Source: the human T2T-CHM13v2.0 reference genome, Homo sapiens. Taken from it: a stretch of 64,000 nt of DNA. Each line of letters begins with the position of its first letter. Position 1 is the stretch's first letter. A program made the position numbers and the translations under genes. Where the stretch lies: assembly GCF_009914755.1 (NCBI RefSeq), contig NC_060942.1. The stretch is one strand, 5' to 3'. Below are positions 41,019-58,390 of the stretch, one piece after another. The notes under the pieces are model-generated. The model was given only the letters and a program-made list of their open reading frames with translations, was not told where the DNA came from and ran no database searches.

Positions 41019-41280
41019 ATTAGCATAGGTTATCATTTATTAGGAGAAACAAGACAGGAACAGAGAATTTGATAATCAGAGGTCATTTTTGGTCAGTTAT
41101 TGAAAGGCGCAAAGGGAGATAAAACAAATCTGCATGCATCAGGAAATGCAGGGGCGAAATCCATGGTGGTGATTATCTCCTTAATTTTACATGTTCTTAA
41201 GAAGTTCTCTATTCTTCTCCCACCCTCCAATGGTGGTAGAGTAGTTATTTTTAGAAGGAGATTAAGACACTATTTGCAGT

Positions 41281-41577
41281 GGCTCACCTCTGTAATCCCA
41301 ACACTTTGGGAGGCCGAGGCGGGCAGATCACAAGGTCAGAAGTTCGAGACCAGCCTGACCAACATGGTGAAACCTCGTTTCTACTAAAAATATAAAAATT
41401 AACCAGGCATGGTGGTGCATGCCTATAATCTCAGCTACTCAGGAGGCTGAGGCAGGAGAATTGCTTGAACCCAGGAGGTGGTGGTTGCAGTGCTGAGATA
41501 GCGCCACTACACTCCAACCTGGCGAGAGAGCGAGACTCCATCTCAAAAAAGAAAAAATAAAATAAAAAATAAAAAAG
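41281..41577 (+). mobile_element. AluSg-like, slightly 5'-truncated
   Basis: GGCAGATCACAAGGTCAG; 15-bp TSD GACACTATTTGCAGT (41266-41280, 41578-41592). Confidence 0.95.
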
Positions 41578-42069
41578 GACACTATTTGCAGTTCCAAATG
41601 TTTTTTCTGGTGCCTATTCATTATCTGTGTATACACCTTATCTTTTAGTAGTATATAGATCCTCAGGGAACATGAATAACAACTACTAGAGAAGTGGCAG
41701 ATGTGGAAATCCTAGCTGTTACTCTGTGGTATGTTTTATGCAAAAACATATGCAAAATGTATATGTTTATAAATCACACAGTGATGAATTACATAAATCC
41801 TGTAATTTTGAATGTGGTGTAAACTGATGTTCCTCATCCCAGGATCCAACTGATAGTTTCTGTTTCGCTCTCATTCTGTGAATGATGAGAGTGGGACTTG
41901 GGGCTGTAGACAGCAAGACAGATCCAGAATCAGGATGTGATACACAGGCAGTAAAGCAGGGAACAAAGACTACAATAATCCTCTTGCTCATATATTTATT
42001 TAAGTGGGTTGACAGACAATATACCAATGTTATTTATATAATTAATAAAATATGGTAGACAGGGACACA

Positions 42070-42230
42070 AATAATGATAGTGATAAATGACAATTTTGAT
42101 CACTTATTATCTCCCAAGCACCGCTCTAACTGCCTTAAATGCATTTAATCAGTGTACACTTCAGAGGTATACAATATAATGATTCCCATTTCAAGGATTA
42201 AAAACTGAAGGAATGATAAAGTAACAACAA
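42070..42230 (-). mobile_element. MIR fragment
   Basis: ATAATGATAG..TTTTGA.CACTTA..CCAAGCAC..CCCATTT..AAACTGA. Confidence 0.5.
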
Positions 42231-42984
42231 AATTCTCAAAGTAATAATATAGCCATAATTAGGGTCCATACAGAATAACAATTTTGAACTTACTTCCAAA
42301 AACTGATCAGTTGAAGCACGAGATTCTCACTCTCCCAGGCCTTTGGGGTACCCCAGAAGAACAGGAATCTAATTGAATGAATAGTATCTAGAACATAGAG
42401 CACTGTTGATTCTTTTTTGTTGCTCTTTGCACTCATCTGTGTTGTTACTATGAGCTCAATTTCTAGATGCTACATCAATAGATTTGCTGCTTCAAAGATT
42501 CTCTAAACATGCATGTAATAAAACAAAATTTACACCTAATTATTTGGAAAATGCATTATGTGTCAATTGCTTTCTGATTAAAAAATAAAAGAGTAAATAA
42601 GAATCTCATATGGAAACAATGATTAATATACTTTTCATATAGTAACCTCATCCAAAAAAATGTAGACAATATTATGAACATATTCTCAAGATATCAAGAA
42701 ATCCCAAATATTTCTAGAATAAGTGGCAAAACTTATTTTTGTACTTTTAGTTTTTAAATAAATACCTAGGAAACATTTTAGTATTCTAAAAAGTACTTAT
42801 TTAAAAGTAATGAAAGCTATAGTGTCTGTTAGAGGGGTAATGTTTTATTCTTAATTTTGCTGTTTTAAGATGCTTACAGGGAGTCATGAACTGTTAACTA
42901 CTTTTTTTTCATTTTGTCTTAGGAAATTTATTTGTATTTCAGAAATATGATGATCTGAAATATATTTTTATCATGTTTCTCATG

Positions 42985-43185
42985 TTTTAAAATAAATTGT
43001 ATTGTGTATATGTGAGGCTTACAACATGGTTTTATGACATACATATAGATAATAAAATCGTTGCTATAGTGAAGCAGATTATCATATCTATCATCTCAAA
43101 AGTCTACTTTTTGTGTGTGTGACAAGAGCAGCTAAAATCTACGTATTTAGCAAAAGTCCCCAATGCAATACAATTTTATTAGGTT
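42985..43185 (-). mobile_element. L1MA9/10-type 3' end
   Basis: ATTGTGTATAT..TACAACATG..TATAGTGAAGCAGATT..GACAAGAGCAGCTAAAATCTAC. Confidence 0.7.
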
Positions 43186-43797
43186 TGCTATTGTTAAAAG
43201 ACGATAAAATATTTGGAATCTTTTAAAATTATATAGTTTAGTGGTTGAACGAATATTCGTATACATATAAAATAGGAAGCAAAATTAGTAAACTGTTCAC
43301 AGTTACAGAATCAAGGTAGAGGATAAGCAGATGTTCATTTTACTATGCTTTAAATTTTTCTCTCCAAAACTTTTAAAACAGTTATAAAAGTATTTTATTT
43401 AATGGTGTAATGGTATGTTGCTTACATGTGGGTGCTTGGAAAGTAGGAGTCAGGTTTTTTCTCTCTGTTTTATCTCCCACATCCAGCAGAGTGCTGAGTT
43501 CATAGCCCTTCATGTGCAGCCACCAAAAACACACAAACAAACAAAAGATACAAGTAAGATAAAACATAAGAATAAAGATTTTAAAATAAGAATACAGAAT
43601 ACAGTTCAATTTAAAGAGTGCTGACTTCATACTGCTTAACATGAATGATTAAACTTCATTATTCCATAAGTCCTCTGGGAAAGATGTTGCAAACCTGTAC
43701 ATTTTTCATATGCAGAAATTAAGAATTAGTTAAATAACTTCTCAAGCCAATCAAGTAGTACGTTGAAAAATGAGTCAATGAAAATTCTGGAGGGTAA

Positions 43798-44130
<333 letters not shown>

Positions 44131-46569
44131 TAAGTAAAAGGACACAATGATGACAGAAACTGATAATGCAACTGACGAAATGGTAGCAGCTAAAATACAG
44201 TACATGGGAGAATCAAATCATTCTATCAAAGCTACCATTACTTACCATTCTCGAGTAATCTAAATGCAAGAGTAAGATCTTGTCGTTTTAGTGAAAAACA
44301 AAAAAACACAAAAAAACATGTTTTACTGATGAGGGAGCTGCAGTTACAGTTCAAGGAGAGTTTAACTTGCTGCTCCAAGTGGAGACCAAGCTACTTCTAA
44401 ATGCAGGGCTCTTTTTGCCTTGTTCTCTACTATCAACTTTATCCTGTGGAACATGGTTACCTCCGAAAATATATATTTTCTTTTTGACACCTTTTTTTTT
44501 GCTTCATTTATAGGTACTTAATTCCAAATGGACTATTAACAGACTGTTTCTATGCAAATGAATAAGCGTTAGTATTTAACGTTAATTGGCTAATCAATCA
44601 AGGTAGTCTCACTTATTTCCCATAGTCTCAAGTTATACTAAGTGCATCCTTGTGTTTGACAAATAACTAAGTGTAAAGCATGGAACCAAGTGAATACAGA
44701 GGAGATGTAAACCAATAATTATTTTTGTATTATTATGTGGCTTGTTTATTTTTCCATTAACAGAGCTGATTTGTTGTGGGGAGGGGTCTTATTATAAGGC
44801 AGTGGAGAAACATTACACAGACTGACATGGCATTACTACACAGGAACATTCAAGAATTACTATTTGGAAATGCAATTAGACTCCTAGTTGCGTTATCAGT
44901 ATAAAGCTTGTGAATTACTTAAACTACTGATAAAAATATAATTGTCACTAGTCTTAATTATTATTTATATGTATTAAAGTTTTGACTTTTATATTCAAAT
45001 CAGCATTTATAAATGTCAACTAAAATTGAGAATATTATTAAAAAGTAGATCTATATTGTGTTATGGATTTCATAAATCTAGTCATTTGTCATTTACTCAT
45101 TGTTTCCTAATTTTTGCTAGGTGCCAGCATTGTATTATGAATTGACAGGAAGAGAAGAATTCAATGTATGATGTTGCTGATACACATATTCATGCATCTA
45201 TAATTTATTTTAAAGGCAGGAGTCACCAGCCAACACTATAAATGCCAAAAAGGGTGCAGCCTGGTGGCAGATTTTATGCTTCATCCTATAGACTGCACGC
45301 AGTCCTTAAGCATCTGTCCAGTATCAAACTTTCCAGAGCTTTTTAGGTAGCCTACACTCCCTAAAGTGACAACACTGCAAAATACAATCTACACTTCCTC
45401 CTCTCTATATTTTAGTATAGAATGATCAGAATCTTAACAGAAAAACACCACTCTGGGGCTCAGTCACATCTTTGCAAGTGAGGCAGTCGTCTTAGGTGGT
45501 CTTCCTTATTCATTTTAGTGCTGCTCACATATCAGCTAGGTTTTTCTCAGAATCATTTTATCTCTGGTTGCTGTTACCCACAATCAAACAGTTATTTGAA
45601 AGCAAAGGAAGTCAACGTGATGAAATATCTTGCTGGGTACACCAATGATTTGAAGTGAGAAAAAACAAATCTGGGTAATACACTCACAGTTTCTCCTATT
45701 ACAGAAGACAACAGGAAATTAGGAAACATTCTGTTCTTCTTTCCAGTGTCTTACAAGGAGACAAATTAGCAAATATTTGTGAAGAATTTAAAAAATATAT
45801 TTTATAAATATGGTTATATTTATGTACATGGACATTTTTAACATGATCCATTCAAGTGTTTTGTGGCTCTAGAAATTAGCCAATTAGAGAAAATGGGAAG
45901 TGTAGGGGCATATACTTAGGAACTTGCAGGAGACAACACTTTCTGACTTAGAAGGGCTGTGTCATGAATTGGCTGGCTCTGGATCATCATCCAGGTACAG
46001 TTTTAAAAAGATACAACAACCTTCATTTAGGTCAGTCAACTGAACATGAGGTTTACTTGCCATCAAGTACCCTACATAGAGGCTGAACAAAATGATGAAA
46101 AAATCCAGGTCAAGTAGTATTGAAATGCCAGATGAATAGCTTATTGCGTATTGCATATTCAGTAGAGAAGTATGGGATAGTAGGTCAGCAGTGAGAATCT
46201 TGTTGGTAGGCCTACGATGAAGAGTGAGTCGATCCTAGAAAGGATGTCAGAGACCAAACCTACATGCCAGCCTCACACCTGCTACATAGGGATTGGATGA
46301 TTCAGGATAGGGATGCTAGAGGCTACTGGTCACTAATCAGTCATCAGATTCTCTTCTTTTCACACTGAGTACTTGTTAATCCAATAAAAATGAATTAAGT
46401 TATTGCTAAATGCCTTATCTGACCAATATCAAGGGGAATATGGTAACTAATTATAGCCTCCAGTGGCCCCACCTGTTTAAACTACAAAAGATTGGGACAG
46501 TAGCAGGGAAAATGACTTCTTAAAGCAACTTAGTATTGCATCCTGTTCAATAAAAGAAGCATTTTCACA

Positions 46570-47240
46570 AGGCCCCAGAGCCAATTTCATTGATGATTAA
46601 ATGATCAATGGTAAATTCAGCATTCGTTGATCAGGCCCTATTTCACTAGGCCTATCAGCAGAATTTATCATTACTGATGTCTCCCTCTTCATTGGCATAC
46701 TTTCTTCTCTTGGTGTGTAGAGTTCTAAAATCTCTCCTGACTCTGGTACCTCTTGTTTGTTTGTTTTTAATCTCATTTGCTGATGTATCACTTTCTACAC
46801 GACCTCTTTATTGCCAGCCTGTGCCAGAATTCAATCCTTGGTCCTTTTCTCATTGGTGTCTTTATCCAGCTATTTGATGTTCTCCTTCAGCCTCATGGCT
46901 TCACACTGACATGTGAATGATTCATACCTGTAAATATCCACTCTACCTTTTAAACTCCAGACTTGCATAGCCAACTGCACATGTATCCTCACTCCTTAAA
47001 ATGGTAATGGACATTAAAAACTCAAAGTGTTCAAAACTCAATGGAACCTTTCCCAGCACATTTTTCCATTTCCTCAGACTAAAATCATTAGAGTTATTAT
47101 TGACTTACACTTTTATTTCCTGATCTACACACATGTTACTTCCATAAAATTCTGTTGGCTATAACTATATAAAGAATCTGATCTCTTCTATCCACATGAA
47201 ATACTATAACCTTGGTCCAACCTAATATCAGCTCTCAACA
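46570..47240 (+). mobile_element. L2 fragment
   Basis: CCTATCAGCAG..TTTCTTCTCTTGG..CTCATGGCTT..AACTCCAGAC..CCAACTGC..CCTTGGTCCAA. Confidence 0.65.
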
Positions 47241-47360
47241 CTCAAAATGTTTATAATGTCAGAATATTATTTAGAAATGTATGAATACTATAATTATTTT
47301 TTTGTGTATACAATGACAACATCTGGGTTTTTTTCTGACATAATTGGTTCCTCTGAAAGC

Positions 47361-47362
<2 letters not shown>

Positions 47363-47396
<34 letters not shown>

Positions 47397-47477
47397 TTAT
47401 ATGTATTATTTATACATGTATATACACATACCCACACATATATACCCACTCACATATATACACATATATACATATAA
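47363..47477. repeat. (TA)n followed by (CA/TA) compound microsatellite
   Basis: About 15 TA units, then mixed repeats. Confidence 0.9.
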
Positions 47478-47677
47478 ATTGAATATATACTTATATTTAT
47501 TAAATAATTAATAAATGGGCATTATTAGTCTCATATTAAGTTATAAGATTTAGATGCAAAAGTTTAATTAGTAGAACTGGGGAGAGAATCATCAGAAATT
47601 CTCATACAATTCATAACCATAAAATTTGAGATTAACTAAGTATGGACAGCAATTGTAATTTTCAGTCTCAAACCCAC

Positions 47678-48182
47678 TGTTGTAGGCAGAATAATGGCCC
47701 CCTAAAGATGCCTGTGTTCTAATCCCTAGAGCCTGCAAATATGCTATGTTACATGGCAAAGAAGAATTATGGTTGCCAATGGAATTAGGATGCAAATCCA
47801 CTGACCTTAAAACAAGGAAATGTTTCTGGATTATCTGGATGAGTCCAAGTGTAATCTCAAAGGACATTTAAAGTGAAAGAAATAGGTGGGAAAAAAGGTC
47901 AGAGACAGAAGTTTGCAGACACTAAACTTCTGACTTTGAAGTTGTAATCAGAGGGCATCAGCCAAAGAATGCAGGTAGCCTCTAAGAGCTAGAAAAGGCA
48001 AGAAAAACAGATTCTCTTCTAGAGCCTCAAGGAATAAACATAGTTCGGCTGTCTGCTTTCTTTTTACCCTAGGAGACCTAGTTCAGACTTTTGACTCCAA
48101 AATGACAAGATCAGAGATACTTGTTTTTTGAGGCCAGCAATTTTGTGATACTTTATTATTACAGCACTAATAGAAAACTAAT
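47678..48182 (+). mobile_element. MLT1D LTR
   Basis: TGTTGTAGGCAGAATAATGGCCCCCTAAAGATG..TTACATGGCAAA..CTGACCTTAAA..GAAAAGGCAAG..ATAGAAAACTA. Confidence 0.85.
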
Positions 48183-49499
48183 TGACTCATTCAAATATTA
48201 AAATTATACTTTTTTTGTCTACAACTCAATTTTGTTCTACCTGCCTAGAAATATAGAGATACACTTTAAATCGGAATGTTTGCTTTCACTTTAACTTTGA
48301 TGACTGATCTTGCTTTGTAGCTATTTCCTGACGCTTAGGCATTTATTCTTCCTGCTCTGCTATTTTGTTCACTTTACTGTCCAACATGCTGCTTCCTGCC
48401 CACTGCATCTCCAGGGTTTTGGCTTCATCTCTCCTTTATTCCACAGCTTCAGCATTAATCTTTGCTGATGCTGCTGGTACTTTGTCACTGATATCTTTCA
48501 CTTGATGTACCTCCCACTGGCAAGCTTCTCAAACAACATTTATCAGTGTTGCCTGATACAAAGTGAAAATCAGTATCCAGAGTCATGTAGAAATTTAGCC
48601 ACCTTTTTACAAAGGAAAATTATTTTAATACCTATAAAAATATAGCCACTTATGATTACCTTTTGTACTAGAATATATTGTGAAATGTATGAGCATAATA
48701 TAAGAAATACAACATTGATTATACTGATTAAATGAAAGAGAAATGTATGTGTGCCTTGGTTTAATACACGATGGCTTTTAGACATTATTTTTTGATGTGT
48801 CACTTTACTCACTTTAACTCCTAAGTAACTCATTTTTTTGCAGCTTTGCAATTTCTAAGAGATATTTCCCTTTTGCTCTTATCGCAGTTCCTGCTTCCTG
48901 GTGCTACTATAAAATTAAATCACCACAAATTAGAGTACATAATCTTAATACTCAAACATAGATATAATTATGAATATGGCATCAGAATTTTAAAAAAAGA
49001 ATGCATTGTTTCTAGAAATATAGTACATTACATAAAACTCAAGCAATAAAAAATAAAAAACTAAAAGTAAATAAATCAAAACATCAAAATCAATGTTTAA
49101 TAATAATAAATGTATACTTGTAAAATATCTTAATCTTATAGAAGATTAAATGATCAAATTATAATATCAAAATTAAACTATTATACTTATATATACAAAA
49201 CATATATATGTTTGTATATAAAGTTTAAAGCATGATATTCAATTTGTATTTGTATTTAAAATAAATTAAAATATTTCTTAAAACCTAAAGGAATTTCTGA
49301 ACTTCCAGATAACTGTTTTATGATACAAGAAATTTTTGTTTCTAAATTTTTCTTCTGATTAAAGGAAAGAGTAAGCAAAAATATTAGGAGGTTAGAGTAC
49401 TATGGATATTATAAATGCCTGCATCGATTTTTAAAGTACTGCAAGTAGATCTCTAGCCATATGTGATGATGAATAGGCACTCCTACTCAACATTCCCCA

Positions 49500-50470
49500 T
49501 CTACTCACCTGCTGCTTGAGTTAGCATTATTCATACCTCATTAAGCTTTATAATATTGATAATCTGTCAATAATTCCGTTAATTGTTTATTCTTATTTCC
49601 CTAAGAATAGATTCAATGCTCATTATATTTTATCTATACCACTTCTTTATATTCAATTATTTATTTTTATTTGTCGATGAGTAAAACTTACTGTCAGTAA
49701 AGATTTTTTTTAAAAGAAAAGATCATTTTACTATATTTCAAAGTGTTCAGGCAAGTGGCAGTAACAACGGCTTGCTTTTACATTCAAGGGGAAAACTGGC
49801 TGGCTTTAATATTATTGGGTCATATTCTCTCCCTTAGAACTTTAATGTCACTCTCCTCTCTCAATTTGCATTGGGATTACTGTGGCTAGTCTAATTCCTG
49901 CAAATAATTTGAGGGTAGATGGATTTCTCTCTTTTGTGGATGACTTGTTTTTGCTGTTTGAATTCCTGAAGATTTCTTTTGTTTTGCTTTTTAAATCTAT
50001 GAGGGTAAATAATTTTATTTCAATGTATCTGCTGTTTTATATCGAATTTTCATGGAATATGTAGTGCACATATTCTCAAATTCAATTATTTCTACATTCT
50101 AGGAATTTTTATGTGAATTACATATTTGAATTTCTTTTATCTTCAATTTTATTCAGAAATGAACCATAAAATGTTTATTTTCAAAATTTAAGATATTTTA
50201 TATATAAGGTCAGCTAACAGTTGTGATATTTGTCATTTTCTCCTGTATTCACTTATTTCAAGATATTCGATTTTTGGTCATGTGATTTTCATCTGTCTTA
50301 TTTATTCTTTCTGATTATAATGCATTTCTTAGTTCTTCAATTATGTGTTCTTCATTCTCAAATTCTGTCCTCAATTCTAGAAGTTTCTTATTATGTTAAA
50401 AAATCATTTAAAGTTTAACATTAAAAATGATTTTATCTAGCACCATAATGTCAATATTGAAGACTTGAAT
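49500..50470 (-). mobile_element. Ancient L1M fragment
   Basis: TGGCTGG..ATTATTGGGTCATATT..CTTAGAACTTT; very degraded. Confidence 0.45.
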
Positions 50471-50799
50471 TTGAGGTCTAGTTAGCCTTTCTGCATTCAT
50501 AGCAAATGCCAATCTAAGAGTGAAACATACACTCCGTGAGGAACTATAAGAGTTCCTGAATATTTGACATATTTGGAGGAGTGAGAACAAAGGAAGTAGC
50601 AATGTGTGTAAGAGAGAAAAAAAGTTATATATTTATGGCTTGTAATTATGTTTTCTAATATCTTATTTGAAACACATAAGATTTTGACATAATTTTTAAG
50701 ATAAATATATTTCTCTTCTTACCCACTTGGTGGCTTGGTTTACTTTCTTTCATAATCAGTTTATTGACCTCTTTCCCACTATCCAGGAATCAAAGACTG

Positions 50800-51600
50800 T
50801 CATTCATTTATTCATTCATTTATTAAATTAAAATATATACATATATATGATAAATATAGCACTGTTTTAACTGCTTGGATGGTATTAGAGACAAATGCAG
50901 GCTAAAACCTTACCTTTTTGGTATTATATTCTAACTGGCAGAATTGGTCAAAAAACAATACACAAAATAATAAACTGAATACAATATTAGAATGATATGT
51001 ACATTAAGGGAATATTAAAAAACAAGAAAAATAGAAAATGTAGAAAAGACATGAGGGATCTGAACTACCAGAGTTAAGAATATGGAAAATTTTTAGTATT
51101 AAGTATGATACTCAAAATAGATGTCATTGAGAAAGTGAGATTTGAACACGTATATTAAAACAAAGAGAACGTGATTAAACCAGATGAAATGCCTTCTAGA
51201 AAGGAGGAACAATTTTAAAAATTGGAGCAAAATTTCTAAGCACAGAAGCTGAGTACTATTTTAAGGAAGAATAAAGCTGCCATCATCACCAAATGTAGTA
51301 AAAAGAGAGAAATGGAGGAGGTAAGGGAAGTAGCTAGAGTGTAGACAGATCACGATGGATCTTATAGGCCCGTGTAAGGATAGGAATTTGCACTGAGTGA
51401 ACTAAGGAACTGTCCCACGGTTTGAAATGAGGAGTAATATGATCTAATTCCCTTTCTGAGGGGATGAAAATACCAAAGGAGGAGAAGAGTAGAAGCAGAT
51501 TAGGAGCCTACTGTAAAAGCTAGGAAAGAAAAAGATGTATAACTGAATGTAATAAAAACACCGAATGTTATAAGATAGGATGCAGCTGGAGAAAAGATCG
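50800..51600 (-). mobile_element. L2 fragment
   Basis: CATTCATTTATTCATTCAT tail; CATTGAGAAAGTGAGATTTGAAC; CAGATCAC..CTTATAGGCC..AGGAGTAATATGATCT. Confidence 0.7.
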
Positions 51601-52415
51601 ATGTGTATTGCTAGCAATGAATTAATCAAAAATTACATTAAAAATTCAAATTTATAATAGTATTAACAAACATCAAATAATAGAAATAAATCTAACGAAA
51701 GATGTTCAAGAAGTCTACACTGAAGAATAACAACATATTGTTGCGTGAAAGAAAGTAAAGAGAACTACATGAATAGAGACGTTCTACATGCATGTACTAG
51801 AAGATGCAATAATGTAACTATGTCAATTCTCTTTTATAGATTAATAGTTTCAGTACAACCCCAAAGAAATTGACAGCTGATTCCAAAGTTTATATGGAAA
51901 TAAAAAGAAACAATTATAGTCACAGCAATCTTGAAAGAGGAAAAACCCTGGATTACCCATACTACCAGGTAGCAAGACTCATAGTAAATATTGACAGATA
52001 GACCAATGCAACAAACAGAATCCAAAAATAGATCCACATTCAGTTGTCTAACTTAACAGAGACAGGAGTTCATCAAAAAGTGGGCAAAATGTAGTCATTT
52101 CAATAAAATATCTTATACAATTTTTTTCAATACGATGAAATAAAATAAAATAATAGAAAAACATCAGACCCATACCACACTGTAAACACGATAAATCCAT
52201 ATGGACTGTCAATCTAATTTAAAATATAAAACAAAAATATAGGAAAAAACATAGTCAATTCTTTAAAATAATTTGATCTTGGCAAAGATTTCTAAAACTG
52301 TGCACAAATGCACTAACCATGATGAAAACCAATGCTGAATTGAATTATATTAAGAATTCCTACTCATTGAATAGCACAGTAAGTACATGAAAATGCAAGC
52401 TACAAAAAGGAATAA
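51600..52415 (+). mobile_element. Ancient L1ME/MC ORF2 fragment
   Basis: GAAATAAATCTAACGAAAGATGT; GAAATTGACAGCTGATTC..TATATGGAAA; GGCAAAGATTTCT. Confidence 0.75.
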
Positions 52416-52419
52416 GATA

Positions 52420-53350
52420 GAGTCAATCCTCACTGTTCACAGATTTTATATTCGTGAATCTGCCTACCTATTAAAATGTATTTGTAACACCTCGAATCAA
52501 TACTAGCTATGCTTCTGTGTTCATTTGGGCATGCGTACAGAACAGCGAGGAATTTACACCTCCCAGTGTACACATTCCATGCTGAGCTGCCCTTTTTTTT
52601 TTTTTTTTGAGACAGAGTCTCACTGTCTCCCAGGCTGGAGTGCAATCTCCGCTCACTGCAACCTCTGCCACCAAGGTTCCTCCCAAGCGATTCTCCCGCC
52701 TCAGCCTCCCAAGTAGCTGGGATTACAGGCGACCAAAACCACGCCCAGCTAGTTTTTGTATTTTTAGTACAGACATGGATTCACCATGTTGCCCAGGATA
52801 GTCTCGAACTCCTGACCTCAAATGATCTGCCCGCCTTGGCCTCCCATGGAGAGCTGCCTTCTTGTTCCAGTTCTCATGCAGTAAAGAAGTGTCCTGTTTG
52901 TAGTCTACTTAGGGTCATATTTTGAACATTTCTGTGCTTTCTGTTGGTGACTTTGTGTGTAAAATGGCCCCAAATGCAGTGCTCATGTGTTGACTAGTGT
53001 TCCTAGGTGTGAGAAGTCTGTGATGTGCCTTATAGAAGACATGCATGTTAGACAAGCTTCATTCAAGCATGAGTTACAGTGCTTTGGGCCATGAGTTTGA
53101 TGTTCATGGATCAACATTATGTATTATATAAGTTATCTTTAAACAGAAACTACATAAAACAAGGTTATGTACTAATTCGTTGAGAAAAATATTGTGACAA
53201 AAGTCTAGAGGAAACTTACTACCGTCGTTATTCTAGGAGCAATGGCTCTGTATTCACCAATTCAGTATTCATTAATTACTCACTAACCCACTAATTCAGT
53301 GTCAGTGTCTACTTTATATAACACAACTGCAAAGTCTAATAAGAGTGGGC
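52420..53350 (-). mobile_element. MER82 (Tigger family) DNA transposon split by an Alu
   Basis: GTCAATCCTCA.. terminus; CTGCCTTCTTGTT; CTAGTGTTCCTA..TGTGATGTGCCTTA; TCTTTAAACAGAAAC..ACAAGGTTATGTA; CTAGGAGCAATGG. Confidence 0.85.
52592..52846 (-). mobile_element. 5'-truncated AluS inside MER82
   Basis: Ends at GGCCTCCCA; TSD CCATG(CT/GA)GAGCTGCC at 52577-52591 and 52844-52858. Confidence 0.9.
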
Positions 53351-53594
53351 GCTTTCTCTCTCTCTCTCTCTAATCTGTATATATGTATCTATATTGATAT
53401 CGGTATCTGTCCTTTGTCTTTTTTGTTTGTTTGTTTTGCAAATATAAGGGCATTTAACTCAGATAAAGAATTACTGGAAATATAGAACTTGTATTTAGTA
53501 GCTCATACATGCATATGTATTTTGTTCTTACCAGGAGAGTACAAATGCTGCACAAAACTTACTGTTTTTATTTCATTTCTTGACATATGCATAT

Positions 53595-53908
53595 TCTTTT
53601 TCATTATATTTAAGTCCTGGGATACATGTGCTGAACATGCAGGTTTGTTACATAGGTATACAAGTGCCATGGTGGTTGGCTGTACCCATCAACCAGTCAT
53701 CTAGATTAGGTATTTTTCCTAATGCTATCCCTCCCCTAGCCCCCCATCCCCCGACAGGCCCCTGTGTGTGATATTCCCCTCCCTGTGCCCATATGTTCTC
53801 ATTGTTCAACTCCCACATATGAGCGAGAATATGCAGTGTTTGGTTTTCTGTTCCTGTGTTAGTTTGCTGAGAATGATGGTTTCCGGCTTCATCCATGTCC
53901 CTGCAAAG
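53595..53908 (-). mobile_element. L1PA7/8-type 3' end
   Basis: GGGATACATGTGCTGAACATGCAGGTTTGTTACATAGG..CCCTCCCCTAGCCCCCCA.. Confidence 0.9.
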
Positions 53909-53914
53909 TGCTTA

Positions 53915-54060
53915 GTCTTTTTATGAGAACAGTAATTCTATTCATGAGGGCTCTGCCTTCATGACCAAATCACCCTCTCAAAGGCTGATTTTCATGTCAT
54001 TACATTAATGAAGAGATTTCAATAAATGATTTTTAACGGGACACAAATATTCGGACAGAG
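53915..54060 (-). mobile_element. MST/MLT1A LTR fragment
   Basis: ATTCATGAGGGCTCTGCCTTCATGACC..GGGACACAAATATTC. Confidence 0.6.
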
Positions 54061-54090
54061 ATGAATTATTTATGGTAATTATGGTGTTGA

Positions 54091-54443
<353 letters not shown>

Positions 54444-55634
54444 TGATGAAGGTGGATGGAAATAGGGAGGCCATATTGTCACATTCTCAAATTACAGTGT
54501 TAAAAAGTGTATATATACCAGTTTAACGGGATCAAACTGTTAAAATGCATACACTAGCAGGGATAATCTCTTGGTGTTCCATTAGGACCATTTATACCAT
54601 GGTACAGATAATAATTTTCTCCAAGAAAAAAAATTAGATTAGGACTTTTCTTAGAAGATCATCAGGCATGTAGTTGATGATCAAAAAATTCGTATTCAGG
54701 AAATAAATGCCTATATAGGAAAAGGTGTGAGTTTATGAAGGAGGAGGAGAGGAGAGAGAGAGAGAAAAAGAAAAGAAAGGAGAGGGAGGAAGACTGAGAT
54801 TCAGGAAGGATGAAAAACTATTGCGAGGTATAGCAGAAAGGATGCGTTGACAAGAATATGACCTCAGAAAAGTAATTTTCCAATGCTTGATCTTGGCATG
54901 AGTGCTAGAGAGCACTTTCTGATTTTGACAAGAGGATGAATAAAGGAATGGAGGAATAGCAGAGAAAGGACGCGGGCAGCAGAGACTAACAACCTCGGGC
55001 TACGACTGCACGGGAAATGTGCTTACCTTAAAAAGCATCAGGATAAGAAGTATGAGTCTTACTTTTCTTTATCTTTTTTCATTGTACTTTCCAGTAAACA
55101 TCAGTATTCAATGATAAATAGTACATGTTTTGAACTTCCACCTTTCTTTGAAAAATTATGTGACGATGTAATAAATCTTACTAAAAAAAGACTTCTCTGA
55201 TATGGAGCTTCATGTTCTTTTCTGCCTTCCATTGTATCATTAACTGCTTTGTCATTACTGTGTCCTTGACTTCCTCTGGTTGATCATTAGTGAAGATATT
55301 AAATATGGCCATCATTAACATAAAGTCTTCTTGCTCGGATACTGCCATTTATGGTAATTTATTACATACATTGAACGATTGCAGTTTAGTAACTCCCATG
55401 CAAATTCATAAGTACAACCAAGTATTCAAAAGTGCAACAAAAATTGCTGTTGCTATATAGACAGTAAAATAATAAAAAACATATGTAAGGTGGCTTATTC
55501 TTTTATATAAATTAACATATATTTGAAATCATTTAACATTTTCCTTCTAAATATCAGCACTTTGTTTTAAGTAAATTTACATTAGTTTTTCAATAAAAAG
55601 CTTCAAATCAATGATGTCTTCACCCTAAATTTTT

Positions 55635-58390
<2,756 letters not shown>

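Noticed and set aside
45255-45272. CTCF-like CAGCCTGGTGGCAG
   Set aside because: Three mismatches in the 5' half of the core, including the near-invariant positions
54737-55030. GA-rich tract with a small CpG cluster and a minus-strand donor (AAG|GTAAGC)
   Set aside because: No matching acceptor or promoter signature; too weak to call
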